A stretch of 64,000 bases of DNA from Bacilli bacterium (GTDB lineage: Bacteria > Bacillota_I > Bacilli_A > ML615J-28 > CAG-698): NCBI GenBank assembly GCA_028702495.1, contig JAQVOS010000002.1, positions 39 through 64,038 on the forward strand, read 5' to 3'. Position numbers and translations under genes: made by a program. Below are positions 18,749 to 29,144 of this stretch, one piece after another (within the stretch, counting starts at the first letter, position 1; each line of letters starts with the position of its first letter). Under the pieces are notes generated by a model. It was not told the DNA's origin. It made no database searches and saw only the letters and a list, made by a program, of their open reading frames with translations.

Positions 18749-20260
18749 TTACACCTCTAATCGTACCGGTAAACTTCCAGTAAATGTATTATCTTTACAT
18801 TTTTGACAAACAGCTCCTATGCTTTCTTTGGTACAGTCATACGTACATATTAAAGCGCCACTTTTCTTTAAAATCACTCCATCATAAGGCGAGCGCAAAC
18901 ATACAAGAATGACTTTGCTTTTGTCGAGTTGTTCATATAGTTTTGTAAAATAATCTCCTGTTTTGACCTGGTAAGTTGCCAATAGTATTTTATCATATTT
19001 TGTGCACATTTGCACGATGTTTTCTAAATTACCCATTTCCTCATCGATGATCGTTTCAGGATAAGGCAAATGCTTTTTGAATGTTTCATACCCTTCTTCT
19101 TCATTATCTACCAAACTAGCTAAATGAATTTTAGGAAAGAGCATGAGGACAGAATCGTTTTTTTGTAAAGGAAGTAAGCCACAATCATATACCTTTGTGA
19201 TGCTTTTCTCGATAAGTTCATCCGTGTATGGTGCTAAACGATTCAAGGCAAGTTTTCGTGGAACTTTTGTATATTTTTGTTTCAAAGCAATAATCTTTTC
19301 AACTGATTCGTCAAGACGTGATAAAGGAATTTCACCCCTCATTACCAATTGACGAAATGTTTTTATGATGGTTATTTGCTCTTCTAAATCAGCCTTTCCA
19401 CAAAAAACTAAAATATCATTTCCTGCCATAATGCCGTTTTTTACAATCTCTTCAATGGAATAACGTCCCCAAATGGCTGCCATGGTTAGGGAATCCGTGG
19501 TAATGAGGCCTCTAAAACCTAGTTCTTGTTTTAGAAGCTCAGTAATCATCGGATAAGATAAAGAACTGGGGAAAGCAGGATCAATGGCATCATACAAGAT
19601 GTGAGAAATCATGACGCCTTCACACCCCTCGCGGATGGCTTCAATATACGGAACAAGTTCTTCTTGGAAGAGAGTAGCTTTGTCCTTTTTTACAATCGGT
19701 AATCCCAAATGACTATCGACATTGGTATCCCCATGCCCAGGAAAATGTTTAACCATCGGTAAGATCATTGCATCTTGAAAGGCTTTGCTTGCTCTTACCA
19801 CTTGTTCTGCTACTTTTTGGGGATTATCCCCATAACTACGAGAATTAATGACTGGATTTAAAGGATTGGAATTGATGTCAGCTACAGGTGCATAATTAAT
19901 GTGAAATCCTAGTTGCTTTAAATCTTCACCACAAGCTCTCGTAACTGGATAAATATCCTCTCCGGTTGCAGATAAACTCATTGCTCCTGGTAAATAGGTT
20001 ACATCCTCCATCAAACGACGAACCATCCCTCCCTCTTGATCTAAGCTAATAAAGATCGGGTGTTTCGCATGTAGTTGAATATCATCATTTAATTGCTTTA
20101 CTTGTTCATAAGATGTTATGTTATGAGCAAACTCCACCACATTCCCAACGTGATAGTTTTCTATCAGTGTTTTTAATTGATGATTATAGGTCGTTCCACG
20201 AAAAGCAAAACATAACATTTGGCCAATTTTTTCTTCGATGGATAATTGATTTATATTCAT
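18749..20260 (-). CDS. GH3 beta-N-acetylglucosaminidase (second NagZ-like paralog, 503 aa)
   Basis: SLDQEGGMV and KHFPGHGDTNVDSH motifs. No signal peptide. Confidence 0.8.
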   Translation of the reverse strand: MNINQLSIEEKIGQMLCFAFRGTTYNHQLKTLIENYHVGNVVEFAHNITSYEQVKQLNDDIQLHAKHPIFISLDQEGGMVRRLMEDVTYLPGAMSLSATGEDIYPVTRACGEDLKQLGFHINYAPVADINSNPLNPVINSRSYGDNPQKVAEQVVRASKAFQDAMILPMVKHFPGHGDTNVDSHLGLPIVKKDKATLFQEELVPYIEAIREGCEGVMISHILYDAIDPAFPSSLSYPMITELLKQELGFRGLITTDSLTMAAIWGRYSIEEIVKNGIMAGNDILVFCGKADLEEQITIIKTFRQLVMRGEIPLSRLDESVEKIIALKQKYTKVPRKLALNRLAPYTDELIEKSITKVYDCGLLPLQKNDSVLMLFPKIHLASLVDNEEEGYETFKKHLPYPETIIDEEMGNLENIVQMCTKYDKILLATYQVKTGDYFTKLYEQLDKSKVILVCLRSPYDGVILKKSGALICTYDCTKESIGAVCQKCKDNTFTGSLPVRLEV

Positions 20261-20261
20261 A

Positions 20262-20296
20262 TTTCACCTCATAAAAGAAAGATGCCACAGAATTTG
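20262..20296 (-). terminator. Rho-independent terminator after the permease pair
   Basis: Perfect hairpin aagatgccaca-gaattt-tgtggcatctt, followed on the minus strand by UCUUUUAU. Confidence 0.7.
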
Positions 20297-20311
20297 TGGC
20301 ATCTTTGCTCA

Positions 20312-21346
20312 TTACATACCAGTGATGCCTGTTCTTCCTATGCTTTCAACAAATAATTTTTGGATAAAGAAATAAGCAATTAAAAGTGGAAGCATCATTA
20401 ATAAGGCCGCTGTGTTGGTGACTAAACCAAAGAAGAGTGGGTCATCCTTAATTTCGTCACCTAAATTACGAAGTAATTCTCCAAATGATGTGACCATAGT
20501 TGCAGATAGGGATCCTGATCCGGCTGCAAGTTTTGTGGTTAACACAGGGAAAACTCGTTCAAATCGGTAAAGATGGGCATAGTAGTAATCATTGTATTGC
20601 CATACAAAGGCAAAGAGTCCGACGGTGACGGTGGCTCCACCCGCATTTGGAAGCATGACACTCCAAAACGTTCTAATGACACCAGCTCCATCGATTTCTG
20701 CTGATTCTTCGAGTTCAATCGGTAAGTTACGGAAGAACTGAACAAATAAATAGATAAAGATAGCACTACGAAGCCCCATTCCGAAAGCTGACATAATATA
20801 AATTGAGAAGACATTAAAGATAAGGTCGATTCCAAAGAAATTAGTACTCTGGAAGAATAACCATCTTGACAAGTCGAGGGTCTCATTGGGAACCACTAAC
20901 GTAAACAACACTAAGTAGAAGAATATTTTACTACCAGGAAATTTTAATCGAGCAAAAGCATATCCTGCAGTGGCGGTTGCGATGATTTGAATACACATGG
21001 AGAAGAACGATAACACGATTGAGTTTATAAATGTAATATTATAGCTCAAATAGTGATACGCAATTCTAATGTTTTCAAAACTAAAGGTTCCAGGAATCCA
21101 AATGACTTGTGGATCTGTAATATCGGTTGGATAACGAAGAGCAAATGAAAACTTTTGTAACAGTGGTAACAAGATAATGAATGACAAGCCAATTAAGATA
21201 AAGGCACGGATGATGTTACCTCCGACTTCCATTGCTTTCTTTGAACGAACACGTTTTTTGATTGGATTATCCCAATCTTTACGGAATTCTTGATAACGAG
21301 TCCGAAGCTGATCTTTGAATCTAATTTTTGTTGGATTATTCGTCAT
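20312..21346 (-). CDS. Carbohydrate ABC transporter permease (LplC/YtcP-like)
   Basis: Multi-pass membrane protein with an EAA-like loop (ESAEIDGAGVIRTFWSVMLP). Confidence 0.75.
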   Translation of the reverse strand: MTNNPTKIRFKDQLRTRYQEFRKDWDNPIKKRVRSKKAMEVGGNIIRAFILIGLSFIILLPLLQKFSFALRYPTDITDPQVIWIPGTFSFENIRIAYHYLSYNITFINSIVLSFFSMCIQIIATATAGYAFARLKFPGSKIFFYLVLFTLVVPNETLDLSRWLFFQSTNFFGIDLIFNVFSIYIMSAFGMGLRSAIFIYLFVQFFRNLPIELEESAEIDGAGVIRTFWSVMLPNAGGATVTVGLFAFVWQYNDYYYAHLYRFERVFPVLTTKLAAGSGSLSATMVTSFGELLRNLGDEIKDDPLFFGLVTNTAALLMMLPLLIAYFFIQKLFVESIGRTGITGM

Positions 21347-22409
21347 AATAGAACACCGCCTTTGAGAGTAGCCATAATACTAAGGCGACAATGACCATAC
21401 TGACTATACAGAACACCCACGACATCGCAGCATTCACCCCGAAATCAGTGAGTGGGCCCAACGTTGCAGATGCAATTTTATCGGTTGTATTATAAGCTGC
21501 AATAAAAGTAACCAATGGTGAGGTTAAGAATGAATCGACCACGGTATAAACAGCTGCTGTTAGCATCATAGGTGATACCATTGGGAAAGTGATTTTCCAG
21601 AACATTTCATATTGAGTAGCACCTTCAATTTTTGCAGCTTCATATAAGTGTTTGGGAACAGATTGAATTGCTGACAAGAAAATTAGGATTTGAACCCCTG
21701 AATAAGAAATGATGTCATAAATTTTAGCAGATGCGTTACCTAAGAAAGTCACTCCGCCAACAGGAATGTTCGCATTGAGTAAGAAATCTTCAAAGCTAAA
21801 CATTTGGGCAAATAGATCATTCGTCGTCGATTGAATGGTTTGTTGAAGAGCAGTTGCAGAAGTCATGGCGAGATCAATTGCCTGGGAGTTAAATATAACA
21901 GGCATGAAGAAAATAGCACGAACAAAAGCTCTTCCTTTGAATTTTGAATTTAATACAACAGCAATTAATAAACTGAAAATCAAGATAACAGGAATATCGG
22001 AAACGATATCAATAATCGCCTGAACGAGGATTTCTGAGAATGATCCAGAAGAAGTTGCTGCTTCGGTGAATGCATAAATATAGTTTTTAAATCCTACAAA
22101 TTCAAGTTTAATCCCTTGATCAATGACAACGTTATTAAAACTATAATTAACGGAAACAATAAGAGGAATTATAAAGAAGTAAATCAACCCCACGAGGAGA
22201 GGAAGAACGAATACAACACCCCATATTTTCTTTCGTTGACGATAAGGAATGACTCTTGCAAGATAATTGGGAATATATCCCAAAACTCGGGAAATCGCTT
22301 GAACAAATTTTGTTTCACCTAATTTACTAAAGAATTGGCGAAGGATGGTCATGATTTTAGTGAAAAAATGTGAAATGCTTGAAGCAATATTCTGAAAGAA
22401 TTTTTTCAT
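21336..22409 (-). CDS. Carbohydrate ABC transporter permease (LplB/MalF-like)
   Basis: Multi-pass membrane protein with an EAA loop (YEAAKIEGATQYEMFWKITFP). Confidence 0.75.
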   Translation of the reverse strand: MKKFFQNIASSISHFFTKIMTILRQFFSKLGETKFVQAISRVLGYIPNYLARVIPYRQRKKIWGVVFVLPLLVGLIYFFIIPLIVSVNYSFNNVVIDQGIKLEFVGFKNYIYAFTEAATSSGSFSEILVQAIIDIVSDIPVILIFSLLIAVVLNSKFKGRAFVRAIFFMPVIFNSQAIDLAMTSATALQQTIQSTTNDLFAQMFSFEDFLLNANIPVGGVTFLGNASAKIYDIISYSGVQILIFLSAIQSVPKHLYEAAKIEGATQYEMFWKITFPMVSPMMLTAAVYTVVDSFLTSPLVTFIAAYNTTDKIASATLGPLTDFGVNAAMSWVFCIVSMVIVALVLWLLSKAVFYYDE

Positions 22410-22413
22410 ATCA

Positions 22414-25400
22414 TTAACCTCCTATCTTAATGTAATTATATGGATTGATGGTGGTTAGACCATATGTGTAAGCACGATTGCTACCATTAATCACAAGAAC
22501 AACGCCATTGGAATAAGTAACTTTTGAGATATCTTTCGCAATACGCTCATGATTAACTAACTGTCCTCCATGGATGTTAGTTTCATTGATGCGAGTGTTA
22601 AAACTAACGATGGTATCTCTCCAGTTTTCATAATATGTCTTGAAATATTGTGTGTAATCAGTTTCTAACAAGACGTTAGGATTTTCATATGATAATTGGA
22701 AATTTACGTTTGCTCCTGTTTCTAATGCTTTCACAAAATAGTAGTTGGTGCTACGATCGCTCGTTCCATTGACAAGTTCAGTAGTATAATCGAACAATCC
22801 ACTCACAACCAATTGATAGAAAGGAATGGTTTGATCGAAAATCCCATAAGTACTTGAAGTAACAGGAACATCGATGGCAATATCAACATATGGGAATGCA
22901 AAATCGTAAGGAGCGGATAGTTGAACAGATTCAAGCTGCGATTGCAAATATTCAAGAGTTGCTATTTGATAACGGACGCTATCATGATTAAATATCTCAG
23001 ATTTTTTCTTATAATCACCAATTCTCATATTACCTAAATCAGATAAATAAGCACCTGTAATTCCGAAATCATCAAAAGAAGCATAGAGTCTTTCAGCAAG
23101 AGATTGATAATACTTAGGACTAGTATAGTAAGTTGGAGTTAATTTTTTATCGATATACAATGTTGCTAAATTGAATGGATACTGCATCGCATCATTGTTA
23201 CCAACGCTCCTGCTTGTATATTTAATCGTTCCAAAGGGGTATTCATATCCCTTAGAGGAAGTAACATACAATTCAGGATAAAAAGCAATGCTATTATCAT
23301 CGAGATATTGGGCAAGATTTATGAGTCCTTTTTTTCTCCCCAATGCTTCTGAGGCTCTTAGGTAAGCAGTAGTTTCATATTCAAATTCATCATCAGTCCA
23401 AGATGAATAACTTACTGTAAGATTAGCAACACCTAAGTCGAGTAACTCGGATATGATGGTTTTAGCTTGACTAAAGGTTGTTAGGTTGTCTGGTTTCATG
23501 TATTTGATTCCTAGTAACATTTGATAACGTTCAAATGCTCCTAAGAAATTAAGATTTGTTACATTAGTTGTCGTGTTATCTTTGAGTGTTAAATCATATT
23601 TATCAATCAGATATTCACGATATTTTTGAGCGACTCCCGTATAGCCTAGTTCTGTATTTTCTAAGAAAATGAAACGATAAGTGATATCATTGGGAGCTAA
23701 TACTTTTGTCCATTTAGGGAATTCAACAGCATTCCACCCTGTTCCAGCAGTCACATATTCGTTTTCACGAACATTGGTAGTGTAGAAAATGGTGTTAACT
23801 CTATTACTTCCTCTAGGAACATCAGCGACCAATTTAGATTGGGATGCGCCTTGTTCAACAACGGTCATAATTCCTTTTTGGTCAGTCGTGTCGATAAAAC
23901 CATACATGCCAAGCATCAAGTTTTCAACATCTTCAACAGCACGATTGAGCATGAATGCTTTATCTAGCCCATAAACCGATTTACTATAACCAGCATAGTT
24001 TAATTCTGCTTTTCCATTACTGAAGTTGATGATTGCTCCAGATCCATCGGGAATAATCATCATTCCTTCGCGGAAGGGATCATCTTCTTCTGGTCCTATA
24101 CGTTCACTAGCTGTGGTCATTTCCTTTAAAAATTGCACAGAAGTCATGATATAGTCATGGTCATAAATGGGATTTAAAGCTTTGTGATCAGAATCGCGAA
24201 GGGACTCTGATAATACCGTTGCTTCTAAGCCATTATCTGTTAGTATTAATTGCAAGCAAACTTGGAAACGCTCTAAGGATGTTGCTGTCTCAACATTAAA
24301 AAGGGCATTATCCTCTGCTACTTGTTCGAGAGAATACAATTGCTGTACTGGTTTTCCTTCATTATCATATAAGAAGTTTCCTTCGGCATCGCGTTTATGG
24401 TAACCTCCACGAATAATTGGTTCTCCTGATTCCCAAACAATGGGAATCTTATCTTCAGAGTAGTCGGTTTGTTCGAAAGAGGTATACAAGAAACTGTAAC
24501 AAGCTTGCTTTTCCATCGAGGATTTCATGTTGGTATCAAAATAAGAAAGAGAAGGGTCTTCTTTTGAATGAATGACCTTATAATATGACTGACTTAATGA
24601 GTTAAACATTTGACTCGAGAAGAAAGGATTACTAGTACATGGCGAAGTGGGACTATTGAGATGCGTTCCATAACTATTATAAAATGATGGATCAATATCA
24701 CTAATTCTCCAATAACCAAGACTAAGTCCTTCATCAAAACCAGTATCGACAGTAGCAAGATAGTTTTCTTCAATATATTTAACTGCGTCATATGAATACA
24801 CATACCCCATGCCATTAAATTGTAACACTTGGGGGTTGGCTGATAAATTCTGAATTTTCGTTCCGAAGAGGACATTTCCACGGAATCTTTCCTCTAAAGT
24901 GCTTCGATTATATAATTCGATTACTTCGAGTTCGGCTTCTGAAAGTTCAGTCTCTGAAGTATATTTTGCATTATAATTTGCAATGTTGAACTTCACAGGG
25001 AAATAATCATCATTGGCACTAAAACGTCCAATATCGTAAAGGATTTGAACACCACCATCGATATACTTTAGTTTGTAATGACTTTCAGATTCACCGGTTA
25101 AGGTATTCTTAAATTTTACACTACTAAGCATGGTATCATAGGGCGTGGTTTGAGCAGCTCCGTTGGATCTTGCAGCATAATATAACAACAAATTAGCTCC
25201 TGCAGCCGATGTGGTATCATCTTTTGCAGTTTGATATGTAACAGTTGCAGTACTATAATCCCCTGGAGTCGTGCATGATCGCTTATCAACAATGGTTGCA
25301 ATGGTTGTTTCTTCATCAAAGAACATCGCATGTGTTGCTGTTTCACCAATCAATTTATTATGATCATATGTTAAGGTGATGAGAGTCCCATCATCTTCCT

Positions 25401-25563
25401 TTTGACCAGTACTAAAATTGATAAATCCAGTTTCATCAAAAGCAAGGGAATCTTTTTCAAGAGCCGTTATTTTCAAACCTCCAACGAAATAGAGAAGGGT
25501 TAAAACAACAACAACGACAATAATGATATAAGAGACAATATATTTTAGTTTTAAAAATCTCAT
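22414..25563 (-). CDS. Very large (1049 aa) protein with one N-terminal transmembrane anchor and an extracytoplasmic body with no recognisable domain
   Basis: N-terminal TM IVSYIIIVVVVVLTLLYFVGG. The rest is hydrophilic and Thr/Tyr/Asn-rich. It sits immediately upstream of the permease pair, where an SBP gene would be expected. Confidence 0.6.
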   Translation of the reverse strand: MRFLKLKYIVSYIIIVVVVVLTLLYFVGGLKITALEKDSLAFDETGFINFSTGQKEDDGTLITLTYDHNKLIGETATHAMFFDEETTIATIVDKRSCTTPGDYSTATVTYQTAKDDTTSAAGANLLLYYAARSNGAAQTTPYDTMLSSVKFKNTLTGESESHYKLKYIDGGVQILYDIGRFSANDDYFPVKFNIANYNAKYTSETELSEAELEVIELYNRSTLEERFRGNVLFGTKIQNLSANPQVLQFNGMGYVYSYDAVKYIEENYLATVDTGFDEGLSLGYWRISDIDPSFYNSYGTHLNSPTSPCTSNPFFSSQMFNSLSQSYYKVIHSKEDPSLSYFDTNMKSSMEKQACYSFLYTSFEQTDYSEDKIPIVWESGEPIIRGGYHKRDAEGNFLYDNEGKPVQQLYSLEQVAEDNALFNVETATSLERFQVCLQLILTDNGLEATVLSESLRDSDHKALNPIYDHDYIMTSVQFLKEMTTASERIGPEEDDPFREGMMIIPDGSGAIINFSNGKAELNYAGYSKSVYGLDKAFMLNRAVEDVENLMLGMYGFIDTTDQKGIMTVVEQGASQSKLVADVPRGSNRVNTIFYTTNVRENEYVTAGTGWNAVEFPKWTKVLAPNDITYRFIFLENTELGYTGVAQKYREYLIDKYDLTLKDNTTTNVTNLNFLGAFERYQMLLGIKYMKPDNLTTFSQAKTIISELLDLGVANLTVSYSSWTDDEFEYETTAYLRASEALGRKKGLINLAQYLDDNSIAFYPELYVTSSKGYEYPFGTIKYTSRSVGNNDAMQYPFNLATLYIDKKLTPTYYTSPKYYQSLAERLYASFDDFGITGAYLSDLGNMRIGDYKKKSEIFNHDSVRYQIATLEYLQSQLESVQLSAPYDFAFPYVDIAIDVPVTSSTYGIFDQTIPFYQLVVSGLFDYTTELVNGTSDRSTNYYFVKALETGANVNFQLSYENPNVLLETDYTQYFKTYYENWRDTIVSFNTRINETNIHGGQLVNHERIAKDISKVTYSNGVVLVINGSNRAYTYGLTTINPYNYIKIGG

Positions 25564-25573
25564 ATGTTGCCTC

Positions 25574-26251
25574 CTATATTAAATCCCGTAAGGTTATTTC
25601 ACGATATAAGGTATACAAGAATCCGTACATCCGTTGAAATAAGTCATAACTTAGGAGTAATACGAATACAATAATGGATGCTGCAAGTAAGGTTCCTAAA
25701 ATGGTAATAATGCATTTAAAGAGGCCATATTCATGAATGGAAATCATTCCAAAAAAGACCATATAGCCCATTAAAAAGGAACCAATAGAAAGAGTTAAAC
25801 CATAGAATGCAATTTCATCACCTGTTAGAAAATTACTTAAAATAAGTGCAAACCCTGTTGCCCAAATCATGGGGAAAAGAGAATAAGAAATCATCATAAA
25901 GATATCTTTCATTTTTCCTTTTCCATCAGCGAGGGTTGTGACAGACCAGTTTGAAATGGTGATGAGGATGATGGGAGCAATGATGTAAATTATTTCAGCA
26001 ATACTATTCAAATCGCGAATATCATTGTTATTGAGTTCGAATCCTGTGTATTGGAATGATAAGATATTAAGAAGAACCAATACAATAATAAACACGATAC
26101 TAACTTTCATGCTACCGCGTTTCCCACGTTTGAATTCCTCAAATCCTTTGAGTGGATGAAGCATGATATAAACAGGGAATTTGATGTATTCAGAAACGAA
26201 TACTCCCCATCCTTTTTTTAGATTTTCCATAAATTTAGTCATAGGATTCAT
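25574..26251 (-). CDS. Yip1-domain multi-pass membrane protein. The start is probably the ATG at 26249-26251 or 26240-26242
   Basis: Five hydrophobic helices and a Yip1-like topology. RBS AGGAGG immediately upstream of the internal ATGs. Overlaps the stop of the upstream gene. Confidence 0.5.
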   Translation of the reverse strand: MNPMTKFMENLKKGWGVFVSEYIKFPVYIMLHPLKGFEEFKRGKRGSMKVSIVFIIVLVLLNILSFQYTGFELNNNDIRDLNSIAEIIYIIAPIILITISNWSVTTLADGKGKMKDIFMMISYSLFPMIWATGFALILSNFLTGDEIAFYGLTLSIGSFLMGYMVFFGMISIHEYGLFKCIITILGTLLAASIIVFVLLLSYDLFQRMYGFLYTLYREITLRDLI

Positions 26252-28187
26252 CAGCCTCCTGCCGTATATTTCCGATACGTTTCTTTTTGTAGATCCCGTA
26301 GGCAATCATACCAGCGACGATGGCAAGAAGTCCTGCTGTAATATAAGGGAATGATTTACGAATTCTTGCATCACGATATAATTTGAAAGCACGAGAATAC
26401 GCATCACGGTCAGCACCAATTTTAAAATACTCCATGGCTTTTTCGTAATCTTTTTGTTTATTATACATTTTACCAATGCCAATATATGCATATTCATAAT
26501 TTGAATTTTGTTTAACAACTTCCATCCATTTCAATGCTGCTTGATCATTATCACCAACGTATTCAAATTGAACAGCTTCATTGATGAGAGCACCAATATC
26601 GGTATTTTCATATACGAGGATGGCTTTGCTATTCTTGTCAAGCACTAAGATATCATCCCCGTGATAAGTAATGGCAACGGGGTTGCTTAAAGTATCGATT
26701 TGTGCTCCACGTTCAGCAGCAAGGTATAGAGGTTCACCAGAAATATATAAGAGGTTCCCTTCATAATCGTAGGTAAAAAGTTTCCCCATTTTTGAGTCAA
26801 CAACAGTATAAACACCATAGTCATTTACGGTAATACCTGTGAGTTTTGAAGGACCACGAACGGCAGCAGCCGTACTCGAACGAATATAAATGACATCACC
26901 TTTAGGAGCTTGATATCCATTACGACGAATGACATCTTTTCCAGAAGTATTAATCAATTTAATCATGCTATTATCATTGGTGACAATGCCATCCTCATTG
27001 GTGATGGCAAAAGATGTTGAATAGATGAAGCCACTACTATTTGTACACATACTCGTAAAGGAGGTATTGATAATTGAGCTTTGTTTTGATAATTGGGATT
27101 CTGTTGAAATATTTCTCCAGAATATTTCCCATGCACTTAAAGTAACATAGTTCACACCTGTAAAACGATTGAATATACCATCCACACTGAATTGAATGAT
27201 ACCTTCAAAAATATTGTCGGCAATGACATACATTCTCCCTGTGACATCAGTAATAATGTCTTTGGGAGCAAATGTTACACCTTGGAATGAAATATCATCG
27301 GGAACTGTTACAAATTTGACCACTTCATAAGTAAGAGCATCAACGACAACGATTTGGTTGTTGCCTTTGTCACATAAGTAGATGTAATCTTCTCCTGTTT
27401 TTTCAACCACAGAACGATAGACTCCCACCACTCCAGAGAGTTTCAATTGAAAAGAAGTCATATTATCGAGTTCTTCTTGTGAAAATGCGCTGTTCTTATT
27501 GGGGTCAATAACGCTTCCAGGAACTTCAGTTGTCACGACAACTTGAAATTTTTGGGAAATAGAAGGAGTAGGAGTCATTTTTTCCAAGTCAGTTACAGTA
27601 TAAAATTCAGCAGTGACGCTGGTTTTACCAATGCCTTTAGCAACGACATAATCGACTCCGTCAATATTTTCTACTTTTGCGATTTGATCATTGGCGCTTT
27701 TCCATCTCATTTCAACATATTCTGTTGTTACCTCATAGGGAGTAATCACAGCTTTGCCTAGATTAGGATCACCATTTTGAAGGAAAAAGGTATCACGAGC
27801 AACGACCCAATCTTTATTGCTCTTAATCTTTGATAGAACACTCGGTGAGAAATTATCAATGGTTAATTTAAAATCACTGACGGTTTCTTGTAAAACAAAG
27901 TTTTCATCAAAAACAAAGAGTTTATTAGAAATGGAATCAACCACATAAATGGTTTCATTTCCTAAATTATCTTTATAAATGAATAAATCTTCAGGAGATG
28001 TAAAATCTGTGGGTTCAATTCCAAGAGTATCAGCAATATAAGGATCTTGGTTCACAGTTAACCCAATGGTAGAATAGATGGCTTCGCCTTTGTGGTTGTA
28101 GGTATAACCGGTAGCCGCTTTGGCATTGATGGTCGTGAATAGGACGATTGCCGTCAATAGAAAAATGAGAATTTTTGTTTTTCGCAT
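26235..28187 (-). CDS. Secreted, membrane-tethered protein (650 aa): signal peptide, a beta-propeller-like repeat region, C-terminal TPR repeats, then a C-terminal TM anchor with a basic tail
   Basis: Signal peptide MRKTKILIFLLTAIVLFTTINAKA. Repeated short hydrophobic beta-strand-like segments (e.g. YVVDS, YLCDKGNNQIVVVD, ILVLDKNSKAILVYE). TPR-like segment (YEYAYIGIGKMYNKQKDYEKAMEYFKIG). TM ITAGLLAIVAGMIAYGIY followed by KKKR. Confidence 0.55.
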   Translation of the reverse strand: MRKTKILIFLLTAIVLFTTINAKAATGYTYNHKGEAIYSTIGLTVNQDPYIADTLGIEPTDFTSPEDLFIYKDNLGNETIYVVDSISNKLFVFDENFVLQETVSDFKLTIDNFSPSVLSKIKSNKDWVVARDTFFLQNGDPNLGKAVITPYEVTTEYVEMRWKSANDQIAKVENIDGVDYVVAKGIGKTSVTAEFYTVTDLEKMTPTPSISQKFQVVVTTEVPGSVIDPNKNSAFSQEELDNMTSFQLKLSGVVGVYRSVVEKTGEDYIYLCDKGNNQIVVVDALTYEVVKFVTVPDDISFQGVTFAPKDIITDVTGRMYVIADNIFEGIIQFSVDGIFNRFTGVNYVTLSAWEIFWRNISTESQLSKQSSIINTSFTSMCTNSSGFIYSTSFAITNEDGIVTNDNSMIKLINTSGKDVIRRNGYQAPKGDVIYIRSSTAAAVRGPSKLTGITVNDYGVYTVVDSKMGKLFTYDYEGNLLYISGEPLYLAAERGAQIDTLSNPVAITYHGDDILVLDKNSKAILVYENTDIGALINEAVQFEYVGDNDQAALKWMEVVKQNSNYEYAYIGIGKMYNKQKDYEKAMEYFKIGADRDAYSRAFKLYRDARIRKSFPYITAGLLAIVAGMIAYGIYKKKRIGNIRQEADESYD

Positions 28188-28197
28188 GATGACCTCC

Positions 28198-29142
28198 TTA
28201 TTTCATACCTGAATGAGCCATTGTTTCCATAACTTGAGATTGAGTAATCACAAAGACGGAAATAGGAACTAAAATCATTATTAAACTAACCGCAGCTAAG
28301 GTTCCTTGACGAGCAGGACCAGCTGTTGCAATTTGGGTAATGGCATAACTGACCATTTTTAAATCTTCACGATAAATATATTGTGCCCCTGAAGCAGCCC
28401 ATAAGCTTTGGAATAATAAGATTAAGAGTGTTAACCAAGCGGGTTTAACGATTGGCATAACAATTTTCCACAAAATCTTCATATCGCCTGCTCCATCAAG
28501 TTTCGCTGATTCAATATAATCGGTTGGAACTTGAGTCATGAATTGTCTCATAAGGAAGAGACCAAGGGATGAAGCAATGGAAGGAAGGATGAGGGACCAT
28601 TGAGTATCAATCATTCCCAATACATTAAAGATAAGGTAATGAGGAATCGCAGTAACGCTTCCTGGGAACATTAGGGAATACACAATGATGCCCATGATGA
28701 GGCTTCCACCAGGAATTTTGTATTTTGCTAGGGGGTAAGCACACATGGAGGCAATGATGATATGCCCAAGAGTACCAGCGAAAGTGACAAGAATGGTATT
28801 AAAGAAATAGCGTGAGAAGGGAACTAAAGAATTTCCTAAGGCATTGGCTAAGTCAATAAAGTTCACAAGCGTTGGATTTGCCACCCATAGTCTTGGGGGA
28901 TATAGGAACAATTCATTAAGCGGTTTAAAGGCATTAAAGAATGTTAACAACAAAGGTAGCATACTAAATGAGCCAGCAATCGCTAGGAAGACAAAGAGAG
29001 TAATATCGCCCGCTTTGGAACGGTTCACTCTTTTCTTCTTCTTTGAACGAAGAAGAACGGTATAAGCACCGATTTCCGAGAATGGACGAGAATCAATGCG
29101 ACGAGCTTTAATGGCGTTGTAATCTTTTTCTTTTTTAGCCAT
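28198..29142 (-). CDS. Carbohydrate ABC transporter permease (LplC/YtcP-like)
   Basis: EAA loop ESAKLDGAGDMKILWKIVMP and 6 TM segments. Confidence 0.8.
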   Translation of the reverse strand: MAKKEKDYNAIKARRIDSRPFSEIGAYTVLLRSKKKKRVNRSKAGDITLFVFLAIAGSFSMLPLLLTFFNAFKPLNELFLYPPRLWVANPTLVNFIDLANALGNSLVPFSRYFFNTILVTFAGTLGHIIIASMCAYPLAKYKIPGGSLIMGIIVYSLMFPGSVTAIPHYLIFNVLGMIDTQWSLILPSIASSLGLFLMRQFMTQVPTDYIESAKLDGAGDMKILWKIVMPIVKPAWLTLLILLFQSLWAASGAQYIYREDLKMVSYAITQIATAGPARQGTLAAVSLIMILVPISVFVITQSQVMETMAHSGMK

Positions 29143-29144
29143 TA

